A stretch of 64,000 bases of DNA from a bacterium (GTDB lineage: Bacteria > Hinthialibacterota > Hinthialibacteria > Hinthialibacterales > Hinthialibacteraceae): contig WGLV01000021.1 in assembly GCA_016125385.1 (NCBI GenBank), forward strand, positions 31,429-95,428. The letters are read 5' to 3'. The position numbers and the translations under genes are program-made. Under the pieces are notes generated by a model. The model was given only the letters and a program-made list of their open reading frames with translations, did not search any database and was not told the origin of the DNA. Numbering within the stretch: the first letter of the stretch is position 1; every line of letters begins with the position of its first letter. Shown in pieces: positions 29,353 through 38,024 of this stretch.

Positions 29353-30672
29353 CTAGAGGCGCCAGGGGCGGCGGTAATCACGCGTAACCAGCTTATTGGC
29401 GCGGTAGTTGCCGATCACCTTTTCTTTTTCATCATCCCAATGCAGGGTTTCACCGACGCGGTAGGCGATGTTCGATAACAGCCCCGGTTTGGTCAGACGA
29501 AACGCGTACTCGGCGTTGCAGGTGGTGAGTTCACGCGATTTGATGCTGTTGAGAAACTCGCGGATATGGCCCGGCGAGTTGGGGATGGACTCGGGCGGAC
29601 GCTCGAAGTCTTTCGCTTCCTTGCCATCGACGAAGATTTTGTTCTGACCATAGTTCGTCACCAGAGTCGCGTCGCGGCCCTGGAAGACACAGCCGATGGA
29701 GCCGAATTCCTCGTAGCCGGGTAACCCATTGGGGTGAAGGTCCCAAGTCAGGGTCAGATCGGGGAAACGCATCAGCACATCCAACTGGTCGGGCGTCTCC
29801 GCGTTGTCGTCATTAAAGAAGCGGCCCCCCACCGCGCTGACAGTCTCAGGGCCGCCCAGATCGAGCGCCCAGAAGGCCACATCGGTAATATGGCACCAGA
29901 AGTCCATGAAATCGCCGCCGGAGTAGTCCCAGAAATAGCGGAAATTGAAGTGAGAACGGTTGGGGTTGTACGGGCGCTTTGGCGCTGGGCCCTGCCAGAA
30001 ATCGTAGTCGAGTTCCGCGGGCGGATCACAATCGGCGGGATGATCGAGGTTCTGGATATTGGCTCTTTTCCACAAGGCGACCTTGGTGATCTTACCGAGT
30101 TTACCCGATCGGACGACTTCAACCACACGCCGGTAATTATTGAGATCGTTATGGATGTGGTTGCCCATCTGGGTGATTCGCTTGTTGCGCTTTACCGCTT
30201 CGACCATGGCGCGCCCCTCGTTAATGGAGTGGCACATGGGTTTTTCGAAGAAGACGTCCTTACCGGCGTCGCAGGCGGTAACGGTGGGCAGGCAGTGCCA
30301 GTGGTCGGGCGTGGTGACCACTACCGCGTCGACGTCGTTGCGATCGATCAGTTTGCGGAAGTCGTGATAGGAATCGGGTTTATAGCCATTGCGCTTTTCG
30401 ACTTCGGCAACGGCGGCGGCGGCGTGACTTTCATCGACGTCGCAGATACCCACGCAATGCACGTCATCGTTCGCAATAAAGCTCTTGAGGCGGTTGGTAC
30501 CCATGCCGCCCACGCCAATGTGGCCCACGCGGATGGTATCACTGGGCGCGTTGGCCGCGAGGGCGCGGTAATTGGCCGCCGTCAGGCCCAGAGCGAGCCC
30601 GGCGCCGCCGCGCAGAAAGTTACGCCGGTTGACCGGCGTGGATTGATTTGATGATTTTTGTTCGGTCGCCAT
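29353..30672 (-). CDS. Gfo/Idh/MocA-family oxidoreductase with a twin-arginine (TAT) signal peptide
   Basis: An N-terminal RRNFLRGGAGLALGLTAANYRALA is followed by a Rossmann motif IRVGHIGVGGMG. Confidence 0.8.
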   Translation of the reverse strand: MATEQKSSNQSTPVNRRNFLRGGAGLALGLTAANYRALAANAPSDTIRVGHIGVGGMGTNRLKSFIANDDVHCVGICDVDESHAAAAVAEVEKRNGYKPDSYHDFRKLIDRNDVDAVVVTTPDHWHCLPTVTACDAGKDVFFEKPMCHSINEGRAMVEAVKRNKRITQMGNHIHNDLNNYRRVVEVVRSGKLGKITKVALWKRANIQNLDHPADCDPPAELDYDFWQGPAPKRPYNPNRSHFNFRYFWDYSGGDFMDFWCHITDVAFWALDLGGPETVSAVGGRFFNDDNAETPDQLDVLMRFPDLTLTWDLHPNGLPGYEEFGSIGCVFQGRDATLVTNYGQNKIFVDGKEAKDFERPPESIPNSPGHIREFLNSIKSRELTTCNAEYAFRLTKPGLLSNIAYRVGETLHWDDEKEKVIGNYRANKLVTRDYRRPWRL

Positions 30673-30900
30673 TTTTTAGCCTCCGCAAGTAAATGCCGGT
30701 CCATTGTAGCGAAATCATCCAGACGCGACTACTCTAAAAAGAGATTTTTTTTATCCATCCTTAAAAAAGCGAATCGATTCACCGATTCCTGCGGACCTGG
30801 CGAAAACTGTCAGGGAGATGCATTATCTCGCTTACTTTTTGAAAAAAAATAGCGTACTATTAAGGGTATCGAATGAATGACGTGAAGGAGCTCAGTTTTC

Positions 30901-31248
30901 ATGGATCGTGCTTTGGGACTCATTGAAACACGCGGCCTGATCGCCGGCATCGAAGCCAGCGACGCCGCAGTGAAAGCCGCCGAATCGGTCATCTCTCAAC
31001 TGGAATACAACGTTCCGGGTATGGTTACGGTGAAGTTGCGCGGCGGCGTGGCCGACGTGCAAGCCGCCGTCGAAGCGGGCGCATCGGCCGCGCGCCGGGT
31101 GGGAGAAGTAATTTCGGCGCACGTGATTCCCCGGCCGCATGAAGACGTGGAAGCCCTGATCGCGCATGAGCCCGAAAGCACCATGACCGGGCCTGATGTT
31201 TTGATGAAGCGAACCGGGGAGAAGAAAGACGGCAAGTCGAAGAAGTAA
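30901..31248 (+). CDS. Bacterial microcompartment shell protein, BMC-H (PduA/EutM-like) with a basic C-terminal tail
   Basis: ALGLIETRGLIAGIEASDAAVKAA......VTVKLRGGVADVQAAVEAGASAARRVGEVISAHVIPRPHEDVE is a canonical BMC-H (PF00936) sequence. A GAAGGAG ribosome-binding site is present. The C-terminal KRTGEKKDGKSKK tail is extra. Confidence 0.8.
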   Translation: MDRALGLIETRGLIAGIEASDAAVKAAESVISQLEYNVPGMVTVKLRGGVADVQAAVEAGASAARRVGEVISAHVIPRPHEDVEALIAHEPESTMTGPDVLMKRTGEKKDGKSKK

Positions 31249-31425
31249 ATTTTTCCTGCTCTTTTTTCTCTGCTGAACTGATTTTTTGTTATCTCATTGC
31301 AAGCGCCTCATCCAACTGGGGGATGGATGCGCCTGTTTCCGGAATGTTTGTATTGGCGGTTTCCGCCTGAATCATTTATGGGGTCGTACTCTGGTTTGAT
31401 TTTTTTCCTACAGGGAGGCAGTTTC

Positions 31426-32046
31426 ATGAAAAGGGAAGGTTTTACACTGATTGAATTGCTCATCGTCGTCGCCATTATCGGAATTCTGGCGGCCATCGCC
31501 GTGCCCAACTTTCTGAACGCTCAGATGAGGGCCAAGGTCGCCCGCGTGGTGTCGGACATGAAGGCGGTGGCGATGGGTGAAGAGCAGTATCGACTCGACC
31601 GCAACCAGTATACCTACGATGGCGATTGCGGCGTCGGCCAGGCCGAACACCTGTCGTATGTTCCGCTTACCACCCCCGTCGCGTATCTAAGCAGTTTCCC
31701 CGAAGACGCATTCGCCGGAATCGATCCGAAGTTTCAGAACCGTCAGACGATCAAAACCGGGTTGAAACCCGTGTACGAATACACCTCGCGTGTATCGTTT
31801 GGCCCGCAGGGCACGCCAAACTGCAAAAACAATACGACCACTTATAGCACTCTGGGCCGGATCGGCGTCGAATATCTCATGACCTCACTGGGTCCGGACG
31901 GCGATCAGGATTTCCCCTGGGGCGCGAACGATTACGTGATTCTTCGTGAGCGAAACGCCGGATTCATCTATCAGCCTTCAAACGGGCTTGTTTCAAACGG
32001 CAACATCTTCGTATTGAACAGCCAGATCATCGGCGGCAATAATTAA
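31426..32046 (+). CDS. Prepilin-type N-terminal cleavage/methylation domain protein (DUF1559-like pseudopilin)
   Basis: The internal ATG at 31426 has a GGGAGG ribosome-binding site. GFTLIELLIVVAIIGILAAIAVPNF is the class III signal peptide motif, in which G|FTLIE is the cleavage/methylation site. Confidence 0.7.
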   Translation: MKREGFTLIELLIVVAIIGILAAIAVPNFLNAQMRAKVARVVSDMKAVAMGEEQYRLDRNQYTYDGDCGVGQAEHLSYVPLTTPVAYLSSFPEDAFAGIDPKFQNRQTIKTGLKPVYEYTSRVSFGPQGTPNCKNNTTTYSTLGRIGVEYLMTSLGPDGDQDFPWGANDYVILRERNAGFIYQPSNGLVSNGNIFVLNSQIIGGNN

Positions 32047-32083
32047 GCGAATTATTCGCCGCGATTATCAATCAGCCTTTGCG

Positions 32084-32115
32084 ACGGGACGGTGAATACC
32101 GTCCCGTTTTTGTTT
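32084..32115. terminator. Rho-independent terminator after the pseudopilin gene
   Basis: ACGGGACGGT-gaat-ACCGTCCCGT is a 10-bp perfect stem followed by TTTTTGTTT. Confidence 0.65.
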
Positions 32116-32212
32116 ACCTCGCCGCGCGTAATGTGTTCCTTCACAGAGACGAACGCGGTTTGGTATCGTTGTACAAAGAAGCAAACCAGATGAAATACGA
32201 GGAGACGGTATC

Positions 32213-33721
32213 GTGAGTCTGCTTGGCATCGACGTGGGAACCACCGGCTGTAAAGCCGTCGCATTCAACGAAGAAGGTAACATTCTGGCCTCGGCGTACC
32301 GGGAGTATCCCCTGCACGCCCCCAACCCGGGCTGGGCCGAACTCGACAGCAACCAGGTCTGGCGCGACGTCAAATCGTGTCTGGGCGAGATCGTGGCGAA
32401 AACGGCGGCGGACCCGGTGAAAGCGCTGGCGGTCTCCTGTCAGGGCGAGGCGGTGACGCTCACCGCCGAAGACGGTTCGTTTCTCTCGAACTCGATCGTC
32501 AGTTTCGACACGCGAACCGAACCGTACATCCGGCAGTGGGAGGAACGCTTCGGCCGCGAGCGCATCTTCGGGGTCACCGGCCAGCCGCTGGCCTCGATCT
32601 TCACCGGGCTGAAATTGCAGTGGTATCGCGAAAATCAACCCGATGTGTTGAAGAAAACACGCTGGGTTTTGGGTTATGAAGACCTGATCAATTACAAACT
32701 GACCGGCGAGGCGGTGACCGATTATTCGCTGGCGGGCCGCACCATGCTCTTCGACGTAACCCGGCAGGACTGGGACGATGAGTTTCTCGGCTTCGCCGGG
32801 GTCTCGCGCGAGGTTATGCCCCGGCTGGCGCCCTCGGGAACGCTGGCGGGGACGATCGACGCGCTGGTGGCGGCCGAGATCGGTCTGCCGCAGGGCGTAC
32901 AGGTCGTCACCGGCGCACACGACCAGCCCTGCCAGACCCTGGGCGCGGGCGTCACGGAAGCGGGCGTCGCGGCCTACGGCGTGGGGACGGTGGAATGCGT
33001 GTGCGCGGCGTTCGGCGAGGCGCTGCTCAACGACGCCATGCTGTCGAATAATATATGCTGCTATCACCACGCCTGCCCCGAACACTACATCGCGCTGGTT
33101 TACAACTACACCGGGGCGGTTCTGTTCCGCTGGTACCGCGACCAGATGGCGAAGGACGAACTGCGCCGCGCCAACGAGAGCGAGCGCGACGTGTACGACC
33201 TGTTGACCAGTGAAGCCGCCGCCAAACCCACGCGGTTGCTGGTTTTGCCTCATTTCACCACCACCGGCGTGCCTCATTTCGATAACCGCAGCAAGGGCGC
33301 GATTCTCGGCCTGACGCTCGACACCACCAAAGCCGAACTGACGCGCGCCATTCTCGAAGGCGGAACGTATGAGATTCGTCAGGGAATGGAGCTGTTGAAG
33401 AACGCGGGCGGCGCGGTTGAAACCTACCGCGTCACCGGCGGCGGCGCCAAGTCGGATTACTGGATGCAGATCAAAGCCGATATTCTCGGCGCTCCGGTCG
33501 AGGTTCCCGCCGTACCGGAAGCGGGTTGTCTGGGCGCGGCGATTCTGGCGGGCGCGGCGACCGGATCGTATTCATCGATCCGCGAAGCGGCGCATCAGCT
33601 GGCGCGCACCGAAAAAACCTTCGAGCCCGATCCGGAAAACCAGAGGATCTACGACGAGCGCTTCGAGTGGTATAAAGAGATTTATCCGCGCAACAAAGAC
33701 CTGTTCCACAAGATGACCTGA
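32213..33721 (+). CDS. FGGY-family carbohydrate kinase (xylulokinase-like)
   Basis: The N-terminal LLGIDVGTTGCKAV sequence is an actin-fold phosphate-1 motif. The length of 502 aa and the C-terminal GGGAKS motif fit the family. Confidence 0.75.
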   Translation: MSLLGIDVGTTGCKAVAFNEEGNILASAYREYPLHAPNPGWAELDSNQVWRDVKSCLGEIVAKTAADPVKALAVSCQGEAVTLTAEDGSFLSNSIVSFDTRTEPYIRQWEERFGRERIFGVTGQPLASIFTGLKLQWYRENQPDVLKKTRWVLGYEDLINYKLTGEAVTDYSLAGRTMLFDVTRQDWDDEFLGFAGVSREVMPRLAPSGTLAGTIDALVAAEIGLPQGVQVVTGAHDQPCQTLGAGVTEAGVAAYGVGTVECVCAAFGEALLNDAMLSNNICCYHHACPEHYIALVYNYTGAVLFRWYRDQMAKDELRRANESERDVYDLLTSEAAAKPTRLLVLPHFTTTGVPHFDNRSKGAILGLTLDTTKAELTRAILEGGTYEIRQGMELLKNAGGAVETYRVTGGGAKSDYWMQIKADILGAPVEVPAVPEAGCLGAAILAGAATGSYSSIREAAHQLARTEKTFEPDPENQRIYDERFEWYKEIYPRNKDLFHKMT

Positions 33722-33736
33722 CAGCAAGCGATCGCA

Positions 33737-33774
33737 CGGGGGCGGGTTTCAAACCCGCCCCCGCGGCTTTTTTG
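33737..33774. terminator. Hairpin-A copy acting as an intrinsic terminator for the kinase gene
   Basis: CGGGGGCGGGTTT-c-AAACCCGCCCCCG has a 13-bp stem. It is followed by TTTTTTT. It starts 16 nt after the stop codon. Confidence 0.75.
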
Positions 33775-33897
33775 AAGTGGGGATTGAAGGCGCGAATAAC
33801 CGGCCCCCGAATTCTGAAAAAAAACTGAATATCTTGCTGAACCTCGCCGTAGTATGATTGATCCATCCATCCTGAACCGCTAGAAAGCGATACCGCC

Positions 33898-35436
33898 ATG
33901 ACGACTCGCCGGATCGACGCGGGCCTGATGATTCTGATCGGGCTGGCGGCGCTGAAACTCGCCCTGCACCTCTACGTCAACATCGCTCTCCCCGAACCGT
34001 ATGGAATTTTCCGCGACGAGCTGTATTACATCGCCTGCTCGGAGCGGCTCGACTTCGGCTACGTCGATCATCCGCCCTTGTGCGCGGTGACGCTGGCGGC
34101 GTCGCGCACCGTGCTGGGCGATTCGCTGCCCGCGCTCCGATTTTTACCGGGGCTGTTCGGCGCGGGGGTTGTCGTGCTGGCCGGGCTGCTGGCGCGCGAA
34201 CTGGGCGGCGGGACGCGGGCGATGGCGCTGGCGGGCGCCGCCGCGCTGGCGATGCCGGTGGCGATGGCGGTGGACAATTTTTATTCGATGAACGCGTTCG
34301 ATCATCTGGCGTGGATGACGGCGGCGTACCTGCTCGCGCGGCTCATCAGGCGCCCCTCCCTCGGTTTGTGGATCGCGCTGGGAGCCGCACTGGGGCTGGG
34401 GCTGCAAAACAAGATCAGCGTGCTGTTTTTCGGCTTCGGGCTGACGGCGGGTCTGGCGCTGACGCCGCTGCGCAAGTGGTTTGCCGACTGGCGGCTCTAT
34501 CTGGCGGGCGCGATCGCTCTGGCGATTTTCACGCCGCACATCGTCTGGCAGATCGCGCATGGCTGGCCCACGCTGGAGTTCATCCACAACGCGAAGACTT
34601 ACAAAAACCTGCCCATGACGCCGGCGGCGTTTTTCATACAAACCTCACTGGAAGCAAACCCGGTCTCACTGCCGCTGTGGCTGATGGGTCTCTGGTTTTT
34701 TATGTTCAGCCGCGCGGGGCGCGATTTTCGCGTATTCGGCTGGATCTTCGTCATTGTGACCGGCGTGTTTCTGATGCAGAACGCCAAGACGTATTACCTC
34801 GCGCCCGCCATGCCGATTCTGATGTCGGGAGGCGCGGTTTGGCTGGAGAGCGTATGCGCCACGCGATGGGCGCGCGCGATTCCACCCGGTTACGCCGCGT
34901 TGACGCTGATCTGCGGCGCGCTTCTGGCTCCGCTGGCGCTGCCCATCCTGCCGCCGCAAGCCTTTCTGGCGTACGCGAAAGCGGCCGGCGTGCAATCTCA
35001 ACCCGGCGAGCGCGGCGACTTCGGCGAGCTGCCGCAGGTATTCGCCGACATGATCGGATGGAAGCAAATGGCCGAAGAACTCGGCAAGGCGTATCAATCG
35101 CTCTCCCCCGAAGAACGCGAGCGCTGCGCGATCGTGCTCGATAACTATGGCCAGGCGGGCGCGGTGGAGTTTTACGGCAAACCTTACGGACTGCCCACCC
35201 CCATCTGCGGGCATAACAATTATTACTTCTGGGCGCCAGAGAATCCACCGTGGGACATCATTATCACGCTGGGAGCGCGCGAGGACGCTGAGGGAAAGGT
35301 TGAATCGATCGAGGAGGCGGGTGTTTTCACCATCCGCTATTCACGCGAGTTTCACAATCCATGCCCGGTGCTGATCCTGCGCGATCCAAAAATAACCTAT
35401 CAGGAAGCGCTGCAAGGTCTGAAACATTTCATCTAG
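33898..35436 (+). CDS. GT39/GT83 (ArnT / PMT-like) membrane glycosyltransferase
   Basis: It is a polytopic membrane protein of 512 aa. An early periplasmic loop carries DELYYIACSERLDFGYVDHPPL, the DE-like motif of ArnT/PMT-type enzymes. Confidence 0.65.
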   Translation: MTTRRIDAGLMILIGLAALKLALHLYVNIALPEPYGIFRDELYYIACSERLDFGYVDHPPLCAVTLAASRTVLGDSLPALRFLPGLFGAGVVVLAGLLARELGGGTRAMALAGAAALAMPVAMAVDNFYSMNAFDHLAWMTAAYLLARLIRRPSLGLWIALGAALGLGLQNKISVLFFGFGLTAGLALTPLRKWFADWRLYLAGAIALAIFTPHIVWQIAHGWPTLEFIHNAKTYKNLPMTPAAFFIQTSLEANPVSLPLWLMGLWFFMFSRAGRDFRVFGWIFVIVTGVFLMQNAKTYYLAPAMPILMSGGAVWLESVCATRWARAIPPGYAALTLICGALLAPLALPILPPQAFLAYAKAAGVQSQPGERGDFGELPQVFADMIGWKQMAEELGKAYQSLSPEERERCAIVLDNYGQAGAVEFYGKPYGLPTPICGHNNYYFWAPENPPWDIIITLGAREDAEGKVESIEEAGVFTIRYSREFHNPCPVLILRDPKITYQEALQGLKHFI

Positions 35437-35439
35437 CGG

Positions 35440-36200
35440 GCGGCGCCCGCGGCCAGTCTTTTGGGCTGTGCGCGCTTACCGCTCCCGTTGGTCGCAGGCG
35501 GACAGTGTCCGCTGCCGGGTCTTTGGGTCGTGCGTGTTTTGCGCGCCCGTTGGTTGCTGACGTATGCGTGATCGATATCCGTCTTCGGAATTTTGGGGAA
35601 TGAGAGACGTGGAGAATTTTTGAGCGTTTGATTTACGAGATGTGTCATGTTGCAGAGGCACGCCGCTCGCGCCGGTTTGCTTTTTTCGTGTCATTCATTC
35701 ATTTCGTGTTTTCGTGATTCTAAAAGAAACCATTCGGTTGCAGGGGGCAGGTTTGAAACCTGCCTCTACGGTGGGTGCGATCGAGCGAGCTTTCCTCCCC
35801 CAAAGTTTGGGGGAGGCGAAGGAGGGGGTTGTCCGATAAATCGCAAAGTTTGTTCGAGGCGCTCACCCCCCCTCTAACTCCCCCCGATCTTCGTGGGGAG
35901 AATTTTTCAACGCTCCCGTTGGTCGCTGGCCGACAGTGTCGGCGGCCGAGTCTTTGGGGCGGTGCGTGTTAAACGCGCCCGCTGGTTGCTGACGTATGCG
36001 TGATCGATATCCGTCTTCGGAATTTTGGGGAATGAGAGACGTGGAGAATTTTTGAGCGTTTGATTCACGAGACACGGCGGGTTGTAGGGGCATGTTGCAA
36101 CGCGCCCGTTTGCTTTTTTCGTGTCATTCATTTCGTGTTTTCGTGATTCTAAATGAAACCATTCGGTTGCAGGGGGCGGATTTGAAATCCGCCCTTGCGA
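35440..36200. repeat. Tandem duplication (about 430-bp period, two copies) of a structured repeat element with a 100-nt invariant core, bounded by hairpin A copies
   Basis: Copy 1 spans about 35481..35767 and copy 2 about 35911..36194. The segment gctgacgtatgcgtgatcgatatccgtcttcggaattttggggaatgagagacgtggagaatttttgagcgtttgatt is identical in both, apart from one change further on. Hairpins C and A differ between copies by compensatory substitutions. Hairpin B and the GAGGCGAAGGAGGGGGTTGTC block lie between the copies. Confidence 0.8.
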
Positions 36201-36253
36201 CGAGATTGAGCGGCGATTTTTTCCAAAATCAGGGTAGTTAAACCGCCAGCACG

Positions 36254-37996
36254 CTATTTTCCATCGCCCCAGTGTTGAATGAGGATGAGCAGGTCTTTCG
36301 CGTCGACGACGCCGTCGCCGTTGAGGTCGGGATCGCCCGCGACAGGCGTGGGCCGCATCGGCGTGGGAGTGACTTGAGGCGTGGGCGTGACCGTCGGGTC
36401 GGGAGGAAACAGAAACGGCGTCGCGGTGGGCGCGGGCGCGCCCGGCGTGGCGGTGGGCAGCGGCTGAAGCAGCGACGCCGTTACGATGACGTTATTCTTA
36501 GAATCGATCACCACCAACCCGACGCGGCCATCGCTGAAAAAACGCCCCGGCGCGGCGAAGACAGGGTTCTCGACGCTGAAGACGGTTTGCGTCCGCCCGC
36601 CGGTGGGGCCATCGGTGCGCTGAAAGGCGCGCACGCCGCCCGCCGCGGGAAAGACGAAATCGCTGAGGCCGTCGGCGTTGAGGTCGTATGCACGTAGAGG
36701 AAAGCCCACCGATCCCGCCGGCAGCCGCGCTTCATCGGTCGAGACGCTTCCATCGTCTTCGAGGCGGACGCGGCTGAAATACAGCGTGGGGTCGACCTCG
36801 CCGGTGGGAGAGAACGCGGCCAGCTCAACCCGAGCCGGGTCGATGGGGCGCGCGGCGAAGGCGCGTTGCAGCGTTGGATCGGTCAGCGTCAGTTTGATCG
36901 CGTTTAAGAAGTTGAGATCGGGGCTGCTGAACAGAATGTACGGATCGACGTTGGATGACGTACCGCCGCGCGAGCGGGTAATGAACAACTCGTCGCGGCC
37001 GTCACCGTCGAGATCGCCCTTCGCGAGGAAACGCCGCCCAAGGCCGATCAGGTCGCCCTCCAGCTTGAAGGTTCCATCGCCGACGCCGGTGAAGATTTTG
37101 GGGATGCCGCCCACGATCAGATCGAGCGCGCCGTCATCATTCACGTCAACCAGCGTAAGCGCGTCGAGCGCGGTGGTCAGCGATACGTCGGCCTGAAAGC
37201 CGGACGCGAAACCGCCCGCGTCATTGGCAAGAAACACGGTCAGGTGAACGGACGCCGACCCGGAGGCCTGCGACGCCGCCACGAAGTCAACCAGGTCATC
37301 ACCGTTGACGTCGCCCGTCGCGACCCGCGAGGGCGCGTCGATCTGCATGTTCAGCGGGATCGAGATCAGGCCCGAGCCGGACGAAGTGAAGAGGTCGACG
37401 CGGTTAGAGGCTTTGTAGAGCAGAAACAGGTCGTCGAGCCCGTCGCCGTTCATGTCGGCGGTTTCGACCCCCGTAACCGCCGCGCCCACGGTAAAGCGGC
37501 TTTGCTCGGCGAACAGCTCGGCGGGCAATGGAACCGGCGTGGGCGGCGGCGTCTGAAACGCCGAGGCGGGTTTTACCTTTAATCCCCAGCCGATCAATGT
37601 GCCGGTCGCGCCCTCGACGAGGTCGAGCACGCGCAGTTTCCATTCGCCCATCGGGCTTCGATTGAGAAAACGCGAGAGCGGTTCGGCGGGGGCGTCGAGC
37701 GTATCGTAAACGGGGTGAAAGGGCGCGTCATCGGACGGAGTCCGGTTGTGCAGAATAATGCTCTCGCCGCCGGGATGAACCAGCGAGACGATCAGCTGTT
37801 CAACGGCGGGGTGATCGATCTCGAACGAGACTTGCAGTTCTTCGAGCGGTTCGCCGCCGGGGACGTAAATCGAATACGCCGCGCCCGTGACGGCGTCGTT
37901 ATCGGGAATGGGCAGATCGGCGCGCACTTCGGCGACGGCGTACGGCGTTTCGGCGGTCTGGGCGCGCGCGAGCATGGGCGCCGCGAGGCAGACCAT
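36254..37996 (-). CDS. Secreted FG-GAP/VCBS-repeat protein with a Pro/Thr linker and a C-terminal dockerin-like module
   Basis: There are repeated DxNGDGxxD motifs (DMNGDGLDD, DVNGDDLVD, DLDGDGRDE, DLNADGLSD). A PT-rich linker is followed by DLNGDGVVDAKDLLILIQHWG at the C-terminus. The start is assigned to the ATG at 37996, just after the uvrB stop. The upstream part of the ORF track overlaps uvrB and is not believed. Confidence 0.6.
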   Translation of the reverse strand: MVCLAAPMLARAQTAETPYAVAEVRADLPIPDNDAVTGAAYSIYVPGGEPLEELQVSFEIDHPAVEQLIVSLVHPGGESIILHNRTPSDDAPFHPVYDTLDAPAEPLSRFLNRSPMGEWKLRVLDLVEGATGTLIGWGLKVKPASAFQTPPPTPVPLPAELFAEQSRFTVGAAVTGVETADMNGDGLDDLFLLYKASNRVDLFTSSGSGLISIPLNMQIDAPSRVATGDVNGDDLVDFVAASQASGSASVHLTVFLANDAGGFASGFQADVSLTTALDALTLVDVNDDGALDLIVGGIPKIFTGVGDGTFKLEGDLIGLGRRFLAKGDLDGDGRDELFITRSRGGTSSNVDPYILFSSPDLNFLNAIKLTLTDPTLQRAFAARPIDPARVELAAFSPTGEVDPTLYFSRVRLEDDGSVSTDEARLPAGSVGFPLRAYDLNADGLSDFVFPAAGGVRAFQRTDGPTGGRTQTVFSVENPVFAAPGRFFSDGRVGLVVIDSKNNVIVTASLLQPLPTATPGAPAPTATPFLFPPDPTVTPTPQVTPTPMRPTPVAGDPDLNGDGVVDAKDLLILIQHWGDGK

Positions 37997-38024
37997 CAGC
38001 GCCAGGGCGAGGACAGCCCAGCGG

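Noticed and set aside
35433-36131. Minus-strand ORFs of 70-76 aa inside the tandem repeat (35433..35648, 35476..35694, 35863..36093, 35907..36131) that share peptide segments
   Set aside because: The shared peptide segments follow directly from the identical 100-nt DNA core being read in the same frames. The start codons differ between copies. The products are low-complexity, basic and Pro-rich. There is no evidence of coding selection.
28827-36194. Recurrent GGGGCGGGTTTNAAACCCGCCCC palindromes considered as a CRISPR array
   Set aside because: The copies are not regularly spaced (28.8, 29.2, 33.7, 35.7, 36.2 and 58.1 kb). They lie in separate intergenic regions, and there are no uniform spacers or cas genes. 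They fit a dispersed hairpin or terminator repeat family instead.
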